64,000 bases of DNA from a virus. The position numbers and the translations under genes were made by a program. Location: the IMG/VR virus record IMGVR_UViG_3300045988_037604; one strand, written 5' to 3'. Positions within the stretch are counted from its first letter, which is position 1. Each line of letters opens with the position of its first letter. The notes beneath the pieces were generated by a model. That model saw only the letters and a program-made list of their open reading frames with translations. It ran no database searches and had not been told where the DNA came from. Below are positions 31,201-36,402 of the stretch, one piece after another.

Positions 31201-33060
31201 TGGGCTAATCTTAAACGAGATGGTCAAAGAGGAGCTAAAGATGAAATTAATTATCTTAAACAAAAAGATACTAGACTTCAAGGTCAATATGAAAATTGGA
31301 TAAGAAGATTAATTTATAATCAATTTAAAGAAAGTAATGCTAATTATACTAAAGTTGCTAGTGTTATGCAAGCATTTACATCTGCCAAATTTATGATGCT
31401 TAATATAACTGGTGGTATTGGTAACGTTACTGTAGGAGAATCTTCTATTGCTGGAGAATATATAGCTAAAGAGTTCTTTGATAAATCTGATTATCTTAAA
31501 GGTAAAGAAATGTGGACAAATGCAGCAATTAGTTTTGTTAGAGGTGTTTATAGTAAAGATTCTACAACTCTTGCTGATGCTATATGCAAATTCTTTAATG
31601 TTGTTGATTTTGACCAATTAGCAGGAATTAGTGATGGTAATAAACTTGATGCTGGTACTGCTTTTGAAAAACTTAGAAACTTCCTTTATTCTCCTAATGC
31701 TATGGGTGAACATTTTATGCAAAATGGTGCTATGTTTAGTATGATGTTTGCTAATAGACTTGTACCTGTTGCAGATAATGTAAACAAAGGAAGAATAGCA
31801 TATCGTGCAATGAATAGATATGAATATATAGCTAAATGTCATGAAGATGCTATGAAACAAATTCTTGATGGTACTGAACTTGAAGAAGAATTTAATAACT
31901 TTATTTCTTCTATAAAAGAAGATGCTAATAAACTTAAAGAATATGTTTTTGGTCGTAGAGATTTTGTTACTGAATTTGCATATACAAGACTTACTGGTAA
32001 AAATTCTGATAAAAAGAAACAATTTGTTGCTAAGAAGAAAGAATTAGAAAAGAAAGCAGAAATAGAATTTAAGAAGAATTCAACAATAATGGAGCAATTA
32101 GACCTTAAAGATGGTAAACTTGCTTTTAAAGATGGAAGTATTCTTGCTGAACTTGATGCTAATTCTCAAGACAAAGAAGTTTCTGATGCTTATAGATTAC
32201 TTGGAGAATTTAAAGGAAAAGTTATATCAGTTAATAAAGAAATTCATGGTGTATATGATAGACTTGGTGCTGCTCAAGTCGAAAAGCATTGGTGGGGAAG
32301 TCTTGCTATGCAATATCATAAGCATATGTATCCTGGTATTCTTAAACATTTTAGAAGACAAGGTTATTTTAATGAAGAAAGAGGAGCAATGACTATTGGT
32401 TGTGGACCTGCTTTACTTGATTTTCTTTCTCTTCCTATTCGTAAAATGAAAGCAGATAGAGAACTTAATGATAAACAAGTTGAAGCACTTGAAAGTCTTC
32501 AAACTTTATTTAAAGGTTATGTTGATTTAGCTACTAACTTTAAGACTAATTGGAATATACTTCCTCGTTATCAAAGAGCTGCTATACTTAGAGCGATGGG
32601 TAATGCTTGTGGTGCAGTAGCTGCTATAGCTGTAGCTCTTGCAACAAGATGTATATGGGACAATAAAGAATTAGAAGATAGTACTACTGCTAATCTTCTT
32701 CTTTATGAAGCAGATAGTCTTGCTAGTCAAGCTATGATGTATACTCCTCCATTTATTGTTACTGAAGCTAAAAAACTTTATAGTTCTCCTATTGCTGCTC
32801 AAACTATGCCTAGTGATTTAATTAAAGCTATGGGTATTATAGCAGAAGGATTAATCGAAGGAGATGATTATAATTGGGATTATACTAGTGGACGTTATGC
32901 TAAAGAAAATAAACTTTTTGTACTTACAACTAGACAAATTCCTATTTATCGTGCTTATAGTAATATAGCTGGTCTTGATAAGAGTAATTCATATTATAAA
33001 CTTGGAAAGAATGTTTTAGGTTTTATTCCTGTTGATGATATAGCTAATACTATACGATAA
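19219..33060 (+). CDS. giant virion-packaged RNA polymerase-containing protein (4613 aa)
   Basis: Uninterrupted 4613-codon ORF. GYRIPTEGKQS...VVPDDWVSQTGSDFDIDSVYG contains the D-x-D-x-D metal-binding loop (DFDID, nt 24322-24336). This loop is typical of the two-barrel RNAPs of crAss-like phages (phi14:2-type virion RNAP) and RNAi-type RdRPs. A hydrophobic segment lies near the C-terminus (RAMGNACGAVAAIAVALATRCIW, about nt 32590-32655). Confidence 0.8.
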   Translation: MNGSCNVDAKRFAATETGTRLKEMCGVDSTKFNAITALVYNPNTDSGFTKEFDDYRKTDDIAKDAMDFYQSKHFNVAYQTTKSKYSDIIQRFGYANTQAKVMANRVIANNILTFYISDVLKGKDDEHKENRANYYANRTIKFIAKQLATKVMKIRNIPSTKDNVLRVVNQLLGYNTIEGFESIDKDFQSLSVEDRNVLAVFKEMLTNKAKFFNAIYAGDSRLGLLRTKGDDSVDERFDEEGLTEDIFVNDDNQDLVDSSNLEYDVDTTTARWDDNSGMGSNFMNGIDDSVKLIMFTIPKLTSTAKVDGKYSYDRSNPLGTIDFIDGKKVIATIISQCSRDNLNSFIKSIKDIANNNKEMAGLIKLADTLEANKDFAYSFRRQFIRSIMPKTETRVESDRQVHAISSNKEANRSQSLRFSFQNNIKHTSIINLESTSLDAVNKINEYIKRYNVAVKTNNELRIQEMFSNITSTLTNALHVYYPDMDKNAVAAFIRSNKINGQINVIANINILISNLKDTASAGTLNQQYKKENEEAKRKYQIAFEEDSSAKLVIPHESIISKQSIASANELAKLLEPYSSIALQFNSRNVLGNQSSDIINSSMLTNLMNALNGTEMSTDAEGKLSPEALIQYGNYKFQGNQYNLSNILIEQRDANGKIIVYGLFKKVGDKYAPTDYAKQLISISLFNGAGNPNTGENVLYSGMSKGDYVYSGFANFFNTEKDYDGSTKEALSLANYFMRIPSDAPKNFIVRAARYAYHDTNYGDLFTIENNEEFENAITDELNNLPKTDKVPTESQLKQFIKVESRDDYNRMISDLRATRINRRKIMDYQILKDPNHKGSYKSGDNLTIGYVYTDELGNQDRYVLQGTAEFDSDNNIYITNAKPYHIGNEFTSDVRQNLVDKIRREANRTGKIGDVVINKQINVNHPLFQQYRNVFIQELTDMAHNINQWFVTDANGKIQEWQEGESTDHKAGEPKFKQGWGLDEESARKAYAVYEVGKGHKHFVEYNDKTKGLTFTGSLFRDDRFIITNDDGTTTNVAQDLMDKLFSSLYGGDKDAYIPFTSNGDKVEVNLTDEQNEEVTKMISDFITSYVNQQVEKFDDFKNLDVAGLINDQNVADFVLNTRLTYISFNDLFEGDTKFYKDTQTFLKRSKESQASGVPYGFCDYVSDYSSTSVAVEGAYLNDGEIQKRFANFKNPLDVKQMTKFRGITIKNTVRTSEQCKVDTEDVTGKLTDKDGSLVKDLVKNAGLTVEQARTLMKGFIKTTVNDAQSYITFEEWIRRVAGRGQLAKYLPLIEKIQNDEPLSSADIKEFVQVQKNFYYDQYFDPVTKKFVPRQIKNAEFVLVPRFIKGTQLEQVYNLMKDNHIDQLNTEETSKAGKARVLEIFNSKTGEVTQEHIDDFNAHADAYAEYYDYNHLYTQQETPQHMDAENKAGIQIMKKIIDNIPVNSPLYDKKQEFFRLYSANIKDSFNTLADEINIPRDENGNIKFNDDGTISGIDYKVFFSKLKEECMRLGLDSNMMDYVTLAEQAINPMTGRPNPNMPMILSNVITKLESVSQSVFNRNITRQKLPGFHAAQITNVGFKATKDQVSYSKELRYHPVTKEHPEGERYIEIMLPKSNFNFAKNEDGTYKDVDEVRDENGELVGGLLKQLQDAKLDTLIGYRIPTEGKQSVCVMKVVGFLDDAQGSTIVVPDDWVSQTGSDFDIDSVYGIQYSSYIDKHGNIRKQSYSEELDIYDYANYINRHLEKADKIKDKSVKAAFDALNKEIDEAFDKSRKELSEEETQAYNALSDETKELVKTAHNVFETQAVRNKETGKLTKDSYLKQLQFVADYIRTNKTNLDNADDNFISVHEDIVDAISNEYIDKRIAKSDRVKKILQDRIDRFNNKAKELGLMTYEEFLQQSPEEANTRNARNNKLLDDMIDILESNESLEENLSRSNFDDIIAARDKVINPVVKDIREARSPYDFLNQADYQEDVMSGAKLKAFSVTRDTFVSVCNTVRPTIDDKNVININYHYKDAKALKELINRFGKYNVKDLGNNKCRITHTRIGWSEDNKNVDGRILTAYTSQTTAHILDAVKEGAIPNVNDFTFAVYKTLPDIGSNYDTTCAFIMQPAISRIVDEYNANKSIYAEESSKPIENAIKKLAIELNIGVTEEDSVQKAIDKINSVFKTNYSLTENNNIILDYDDLAARINEEDGQINPPVERLMFDLNMLFAYNDINKLAQGISSLARVCNPDRFGAKQTIFATNKVFRDIETIVNVDNAKQYSVLNVEDKNGDIISFLEAIYPGLIVDNNGIKSYDLHHYMTESNDNDSKYRSLHCFLKYATATSTSINSMLFDTQSNFFKNIVYSLEDTFSDNTRQISEKEYADFQQYILSGVYNNTPAMRLSIKPMFNKDGKFTQFGLDNETDETAERQRIFGYNASTDIKFAVNDIINPTQKEIEVFAKLTPAQKVAWIQMNTEDAGIFSLCKVNLFNQYEARQTGQSRQTISFKDDTVDVETAYMMFDQATNSDNPLIKLAAIDMIKYAFVVENFKMRRNAINKFITNDSLKDDSLFGGVNLVNQILEDFNNFAGTYNVAEDYVRAHSDASFIYHKTESKIKKGKTFVNELSTNRKSRDLLRFDLSDTTDLTNSIAELQGELNVETDEEERKKIAKDIKDLTDRLNVLKRDRKNAIKYGIITDCSTKTLPNDFRSNNYVEIKTKKSKGKDYTSILYKIQFIGTTVYAYPINKLDENETSAVSLIKENNKFKPEAFYFEYINELEKNNGENLELEDLNNLASQYNLGIKYKKLRNKIVFDINHPDKYNQGAARDAINKIIAKYPLSNGKEFNIQSIYLDRYVGFNFGNQQHIVGTYIDAESGNEITIDTDFKFRKYSSNEISRLAALGINVAPNTIIVKEVPKVENKGVIVETNQIKHSSILDYSIDAYRDISRRANEGDYEARRQVRKLGEKGFEGKKAQFGNEEERVYGAINDYVKTKVAEVHTNLNQFFADEDGHYHSVVEAETIDYIRNNPMEQRRFLKTLLDARALITKYGDIVTVKVDKDKQSDETINYVKGIQESIKSLIDSSKLEQAETLFATDYLAKLSDNPMIQNNIISIFDGFHSTSWFDAWVGDLQDSGNAFVQVITKNVMADIRAKEMQAMKRVESFNKELDKIFADAKKDGVNLSFDDIIDADGKSIRPYSKKFESDYKEIYKDFKQAEANIIENPKAYILAKHKYDKFLLDHVNRKFVDDYYKEFYDNDEEMISKHLPIFEEYTKLRAQVSKINSGRINGVLDPSDEDKLKELQKKILELRSTFDYDRMEEKESFYGGYPGAKVNDKGEVIEITDEKKYRQARISNFVDCKALDDYLSRINEIRNKYNDSKIKKGFDEQLKRNLDIVETAEARDPYGRLRVPISQLEANEDYKKAKAWLANNAKWTVDSAIQEEIHEAYKVLQYKGDRNSAYKVAVKRLIQKGDLHYDEYGRIDGSVFSDEDQQKIKDEVERKYYNNKYSANSDRILISNAPEDDTIYPTEIYRRMSSNGIPNEEYQKIVKKINDILKPYYDVSTKHVETSQMTEEDLNKLYDVYQPLFAGVKKTIEGTNGKSVGWFIKNYVDLDAYNETAFNLERERAKAKGEKYYKAWERVNMMSIPKVDDKYQVVTDSEGNVVYDETKPKVPNRYLYSALKVDMDKYLKNKSSKKATALRQEMEDKTKAYNTIHKYLETVNTPYYEAELKKQRAKGDKEFKEWYDRNHVYNPFTHVYEPTTIWRKTQVIPKHDNGTWTAGYAQTELAPKPAYKNNNYKEGLGNIANYKKTSDTTYDTDKILNKHQQRLLDYINSVLTSLAKTESAKRYIAQGYMPMMAKGKEHDAKWWAAQFLEFLGYSDKLQNGRDPFYHIDYADDKTIDMPMLMQQLHNKDSVNIENIKKTKPNRISYKDEEEYNKAMTAYNARLEEAEKKNKEIHEALINRDYRTVLSNFITQAAHFNAIQDNKYMLFYGKEMIDRMEVYEKNIGWANLKRDGQRGAKDEINYLKQKDTRLQGQYENWIRRLIYNQFKESNANYTKVASVMQAFTSAKFMMLNITGGIGNVTVGESSIAGEYIAKEFFDKSDYLKGKEMWTNAAISFVRGVYSKDSTTLADAICKFFNVVDFDQLAGISDGNKLDAGTAFEKLRNFLYSPNAMGEHFMQNGAMFSMMFANRLVPVADNVNKGRIAYRAMNRYEYIAKCHEDAMKQILDGTELEEEFNNFISSIKEDANKLKEYVFGRRDFVTEFAYTRLTGKNSDKKKQFVAKKKELEKKAEIEFKKNSTIMEQLDLKDGKLAFKDGSILAELDANSQDKEVSDAYRLLGEFKGKVISVNKEIHGVYDRLGAAQVEKHWWGSLAMQYHKHMYPGILKHFRRQGYFNEERGAMTIGCGPALLDFLSLPIRKMKADRELNDKQVEALESLQTLFKGYVDLATNFKTNWNILPRYQRAAILRAMGNACGAVAAIAVALATRCIWDNKELEDSTTANLLLYEADSLASQAMMYTPPFIVTEAKKLYSSPIAAQTMPSDLIKAMGIIAEGLIEGDDYNWDYTSGRYAKENKLFVLTTRQIPIYRAYSNIAGLDKSNSYYKLGKNVLGFIPVDDIANTIR
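22364..22377 (+). repeat. G7-core motif copy S5 (forward)
   Basis: ttctcTCTACGGGGGGGATaaa, inside the RNAP gene, read TAC-GGG-GGG-GAT (LYGGD). Confidence 0.85.
25819..25832 (-). repeat. G7-core motif copy S6 (reverse)
   Basis: The plus strand reads attAACCCCCCCGTAGAgagg, inside the RNAP gene (INPPVER). Confidence 0.9.
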
Positions 33061-33072
33061 CCCGCCCGTAGG
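33059..33072 (-). repeat. motif copy S7, interrupted-G variant (reverse)
   Basis: The plus strand reads gatAACCCGCCCGTAGGaag and overlaps the TAA stop of the RNAP gene. Its reverse complement is cttCCTACGGGCGGGTTATc. Confidence 0.7.
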
Positions 33073-33105
33073 AAGTATTGATATTAAATATTAGTTAAAC
33101 TCTAA

Positions 33106-33153
33106 ATTACTATTGCTTAGATAGGTAGAAATGCTTATCTTTGCAATAGTAAT
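33106..33153 (+). other. long imperfect hairpin between the RNAP gene and the tRNA (terminator or RNA-processing element)
   Basis: Outer 11-bp stem 33106-33116 / 33143-33153. Inner 7-bp stem 33119-33125 / 33134-33140, separated by a U.U internal loop. 8-nt apical loop and no clear T-run. Confidence 0.5.
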
Positions 33154-33160
33154 ATTTCAA

Positions 33161-33231
33161 TGGAGTATCGTATAATGGTAGTACAGAAGATTTTGGTTCT
33201 TCTAGCATAGGTTCGATTCCTATTACTCCAA
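33161..33231 (+). tRNA. tRNA-Gln (anticodon UUG)
   Basis: Hand-folded cloverleaf. Acceptor TGGAGTA/TACTCCA, D arm GTAT-AATGGTA-GTAC (GG present), anticodon arm GAAGA-TT[TTG]GT-TCTTC, 4-nt variable loop, T arm ATAGG-TTCGATT-CCTAT, discriminator A. CCA is not encoded. Confidence 0.85.
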
Positions 33232-33318
33232 CTAATAGTAAAATTTAAGTTGTTACTTATAATGTTAGGTTAAGTGGTTAAAGATAGGCTGTTTTGAATG
33301 GTAATTATCCCATGTTCG

Positions 33319-33354
33319 TCCCAAGGTTATCGTGATGATAATCTTGGGATTTTT
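33319..33354 (+). terminator. rho-independent terminator downstream of the tRNA
   Basis: A 13-bp stem (tcccaaggttatc 33319-33331 / gataatcttggga 33337-33349, one G.U pair), 5-nt loop, then TTTTT at 33350-33354. Confidence 0.75.
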
Positions 33355-33758
33355 CATATATGTCGGTTTCATGTCGCTGATAATAATTAAAAAAAAGGTG
33401 AAGCTCAACCTCACGGTCAAACTCCACCAAATAAAAATAGAAAACTAACAAAACAATTTAAATCACAATTTCTCTACAAATTTATATACTAATATGAAAT
33501 TTAATATTTTAATTTCCTTTCTGAACGATTATTTATATCATGTTTAATAACTAATCATAATCGAATAATAATTGTCATAGAAACAAATTATCAATGTATA
33601 TTTCAAATTTTATCTATTATATGTAGTCGGCTAACAATTCATATTGATACAATAATTTGTTTCCATGTCAATTTAATAGTACGACTGAATGATTATTCAG
33701 AAGATGAAGTATAAATCCTTAAATGAGAAATTAAATTCTTATATAATATATTATGAAA

Positions 33759-33995
33759 CTATTTAATAATAATATCTTTATAAAGTTTCCCAGTATCATC
33801 TACTTTATAAATTGTATCAATACTAATAGTATCATAGTCTTGATTAAGAGTATCTACAATATAACTATAATCAATGCCACAAGGTTCATTGTCAATATTA
33901 TTATCTTTATGTTGAGCACAACATATTAGTATAAAAATAATGATTACAAAACCTATAGTTGTTTTAATTAAATGTTTATTATAATCTTTATTCAT
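33759..33995 (-). CDS. small membrane-anchored or lipoprotein-like protein (78 aa)
   Basis: N-terminal hydrophobic helix ending in Cys-Cys (TTIGFVIIIFILICCAQHKD). It is the last gene of the minus-strand block. Confidence 0.6.
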   Translation of the reverse strand: MNKDYNKHLIKTTIGFVIIIFILICCAQHKDNNIDNEPCGIDYSYIVDTLNQDYDTISIDTIYKVDDTGKLYKDIIIK

Positions 33996-34069
33996 ATTTC
34001 TTTTAAATTAAAAACCCTTACTATTTTCACAAACAGTAAGGGCAAAATCAACCATTTATGGCAACACGT

Positions 34070-34369
34070 CTAGCACTTCTTCTTTATATATAAATCTATA
34101 TATCTAGTAATACATATAGCAGGAGTAGAACCAGTCATTTTAAAAGTAATAACATTATCTACCATAAAAATTGTAGTTGGAAAATCTTTAAGAAAAACTC
34201 TTTTATTTCTATATTCAATAATTTCTTTTTTAGTAAGAGTATCAAAGTCTATAACTTCAAAACCAATATTAATTTTACTATTAATAATAGCTTTTTCGAT
34301 ATTTTCTCTTTGAATCCTACAACCAACACAACCTTTAGTTGTTATAAGAATTATCTTTCTATTAGCCAT
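34070..34369 (-). CDS. glutaredoxin/NrdH/thioredoxin-fold redox protein (99 aa)
   Basis: KIILITTKGCVGCRIQ is a beta-strand followed by CxxC, as in glutaredoxin-like proteins. 8-nt overlap with the upstream gene. Confidence 0.65.
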   Translation of the reverse strand: MANRKIILITTKGCVGCRIQRENIEKAIINSKINIGFEVIDFDTLTKKEIIEYRNKRVFLKDFPTTIFMVDNVITFKMTGSTPAICITRYIDLYIKKKC

Positions 34370-34628
34370 TTTTCTTAGAAGTATTTATTTCAGCTATATT
34401 CTCAAAATATTTACCATCAGGAGTAAATTCAATACCTTCATTATGAAGACAAACTTCCAATGTCTTAGCAAGATTTTTATAATCTCTAATAAGAAGAGCT
34501 ACATTAGCAGCAGTTATTTTACTTACTTTATCATTCTTTACAGCACTATTAAAATAAGAAGTGTTTGCATTAATACGTTTAAGAGCATTAGCGTGCTCTT
34601 CAATCATAATTCTAACATTTGTATTCAT
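34362..34628 (-). CDS. hypothetical protein (88 aa)
   Basis: ORF-track ORF on the block strand, tightly packed. Confidence 0.65.
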   Translation of the reverse strand: MNTNVRIMIEEHANALKRINANTSYFNSAVKNDKVSKITAANVALLIRDYKNLAKTLEVCLHNEGIEFTPDGKYFENIAEINTSKKNG

Positions 34629-34655
34629 ATCTTTATAATTTAATTTGTTAATAAT

Positions 34656-35249
34656 TTATTTACCTGTACTTCCAAAAGCACCATCACCTCTATCAGTTAT
34701 TCCTAAATCTTCAAGATTATCGACTTTTTGCCACATAGCTTGACGATGATGAGGAACTTCTAATTGACCAATAACATCACCTGCGATAATTCCAGTAGCT
34801 ACAGCATTACTATCAATAGGTCTAAATACAATGAAGATTTCACCACGATAACTTTCATCAATAGTACAAGGAGAATTGGCAATAACCAAACCCATCTTAG
34901 TAATACGACTATTAGGACGAATAGTTATAGAATCTCTATCTTCAGTAGCAACGTGAATACCTGTACCACATTTAATACGACCATCTCTTGTATACTCTAC
35001 AGAAGTAGCTTTTATATCACAACAAGCATCTGTAGCATGACCAAACTCTCCATTAATATAATGAGCATATTCAGGAAGAGTAGCTTCAACTTTAGGGTCA
35101 AGCCAAATTTTAACTGGAACAAAATCAATAGCTTTATGAAGAGATTCTTTAAGTTCTATTTCTGCTAATTCACGATTGTCTGGAGTTTCTTTAAAAGCAT
35201 TAACATAATTAATAAATGCTTCTGCAATACGATTACTTAATTGACTCAT
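34656..35249 (-). CDS. dut: dUTP pyrophosphatase (trimeric dUTPase) with N-terminal extension
   Basis: dUTPase motifs are present: CTIDESYRGEIFIV (motif 3), GDVIGQLEV (motif 4) and DRGDGAFGSTG (motif 5). Confidence 0.85.
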   Translation of the reverse strand: MSQLSNRIAEAFINYVNAFKETPDNRELAEIELKESLHKAIDFVPVKIWLDPKVEATLPEYAHYINGEFGHATDACCDIKATSVEYTRDGRIKCGTGIHVATEDRDSITIRPNSRITKMGLVIANSPCTIDESYRGEIFIVFRPIDSNAVATGIIAGDVIGQLEVPHHRQAMWQKVDNLEDLGITDRGDGAFGSTGK

Positions 35250-35253
35250 AATT

Positions 35254-35733
35254 TTAATTGTTTTCTCTTTGTCTTTGTTCTAAAATATCTTTTCTAAGTT
35301 TTCTAATACTACCTCTATAAAGATAATTATGATTTATAACATAAGTATTCTTAGGAAGAATATTATTTGGTATTTTATCACATAGTCTTCCTATAACATC
35401 AAGTTCAACTAATCTTTTAATAGCTTTACTAATATGACTTTTATCACAATTATATTGTTTAGCAATAATAGAAGCATTTAAAGATAAGTGATTAACATTA
35501 TAAGGAATATTATCTACGATATATCGTACAACAATACCTACATACTTAGATTCTTCACTAAGTATTGTAACTAGACTATTATCTATAAGCACCTTATCTT
35601 CCATATAATAAATAGTTTTATTGTACTTATTTCCACTATCATCTTCATCTTTAATTCTAAGACCTTTTACAGATAGAGGATAGCTATAATCAATACTATC
35701 TTTAGCAAGTTTATTAATAACTTTATCATTCAT
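35254..35733 (-). CDS. putative winged-helix DNA-binding protein (regulator or initiator)
   Basis: The ORF-track start at 35817 is TTG, followed by an odd hydrophobic leader. ATG at 35733 (MNDKVINKLAKD...) is preferred. LNASIIAKQYNCDKSHISKAIKRLVELDVIGRL resembles an HTH recognition helix plus wing of MarR/Rrf2/RepA-type proteins. Confidence 0.45.
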   Translation of the reverse strand: MNDKVINKLAKDSIDYSYPLSVKGLRIKDEDDSGNKYNKTIYYMEDKVLIDNSLVTILSEESKYVGIVVRYIVDNIPYNVNHLSLNASIIAKQYNCDKSHISKAIKRLVELDVIGRLCDKIPNNILPKNTYVINHNYLYRGSIRKLRKDILEQRQRENN

Positions 35734-35866
35734 ATCTTTATCAATTTTATTAGCAACAATACAAAGATAATAAAAAGTAGCAGATTTTAGCCACATTTTT
35801 ATAAAAAATAGCATCAACCTGCCACTTATTATGTGCTAACTAATTGATATTCAGATAGTTAAGTAG

Positions 35867-35890
35867 TATAATATAATATAATATAATATA
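35867..35890. repeat. (TATAA)n pentanucleotide tandem repeat, about 4.8 units
   Basis: tataatataatataatataatata, read directly, in the 35818-35897 spacer upstream of the wHTH gene. It generates overlapping TATAAT-like boxes. Confidence 0.85.
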
Positions 35891-35897
35891 TTATATA

Positions 35898-36056
35898 TTA
35901 CTGATATAACTTATCTGCACTACAAACATACTCATTATCTTTAAAACTAGCAACATTATCAATAGAATAATTACTATAATAAAGAAAGTTTAATAATTCA
36001 GCCTCTCTACGGGGGGTTTCTAGTTCATCTAGTACTTCTAAAACTTCTAATGACAT
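35898..36056 (-). CDS. possible small ORF (52 aa) containing motif copy S8
   Basis: Hand-translated as MSLEVLEVLDELETPRREAELLNFLYYSNYSIDNVASFKDNEYVCSADKLYQ, from ATG 36056-36054 to stop TAA (plus tta 35898-35900). Below the ORF-track size cutoff. Helical-looking sequence. Confidence 0.3.
   Translation of the reverse strand: MSLEVLEVLDELETPRREAELLNFLYYSNYSIDNVASFKDNEYVCSADKLYQ
36006..36018 (+). repeat. motif copy S8 (forward, G6)
   Basis: gcctcTCTACGGGGGGTTtct in the 35.8-36.1 kb spacer. On the minus strand it lies in the candidate 52-aa ORF, read ACC-CCC-CGT-AGA (TPRR). Confidence 0.8.
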
Positions 36057-36086
36057 TATTAGACATATTAGTACTAAGATTAATAT

Positions 36087-36100
36087 AGCCTGCCCGTAGG
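36087..36100 (-). repeat. motif copy S9, interrupted-G variant (reverse)
   Basis: The plus strand reads AGCCTGCCCGTAGGgag; its reverse complement is ctcCCTACGGGCAGGCTat. It lies 81 nt from S8 in inverted orientation. Confidence 0.6.
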
Positions 36101-36123
36101 GAGACTTATTTATTGGCTTATAA

Positions 36124-36402
36124 TCAACTCAATTGTTTACTTACATTATTAATCCATTTTTTAGCTTCATCTTCATTTGTAAATACAAGATTTTCAGAAA
36201 CATAAACTGTAGTTGCATTATCAAATAATTGTATTTCATAAGCTATAGTTTGATAATTAGCTGTTTTTGTAAGTTGAATTTGAATTATTACACCATAAGA
36301 AAATTCAGCTTTAACATAGTCAAATAATAAAACTTCATTACCAATATAATGTTTAGGAATTGTTATTCCGTTACCATCATTATTATTAAAACTAACTTGC
36401 AT
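36124..36402 (-). CDS. hypothetical protein (92 aa)
   Basis: ORF-track ORF with an 11-nt overlap with the upstream gene. Confidence 0.7.
   Translation of the reverse strand: MQVSFNNNDGNGITIPKHYIGNEVLLFDYVKAEFSYGVIIQIQLTKTANYQTIAYEIQLFDNATTVYVSENLVFTNEDEAKKWINNVSKQLS

Noticed and set aside
33232-33318. A possible second tRNA after tRNA-Gln, suggested by an AGTGGTTAA D-loop-like string and a TTCG.
   Set aside because: I could not fold an acceptor stem, anticodon arm or T arm, and the stem flanking TTCGTCC does not pair. It remains an unexplained spacer.
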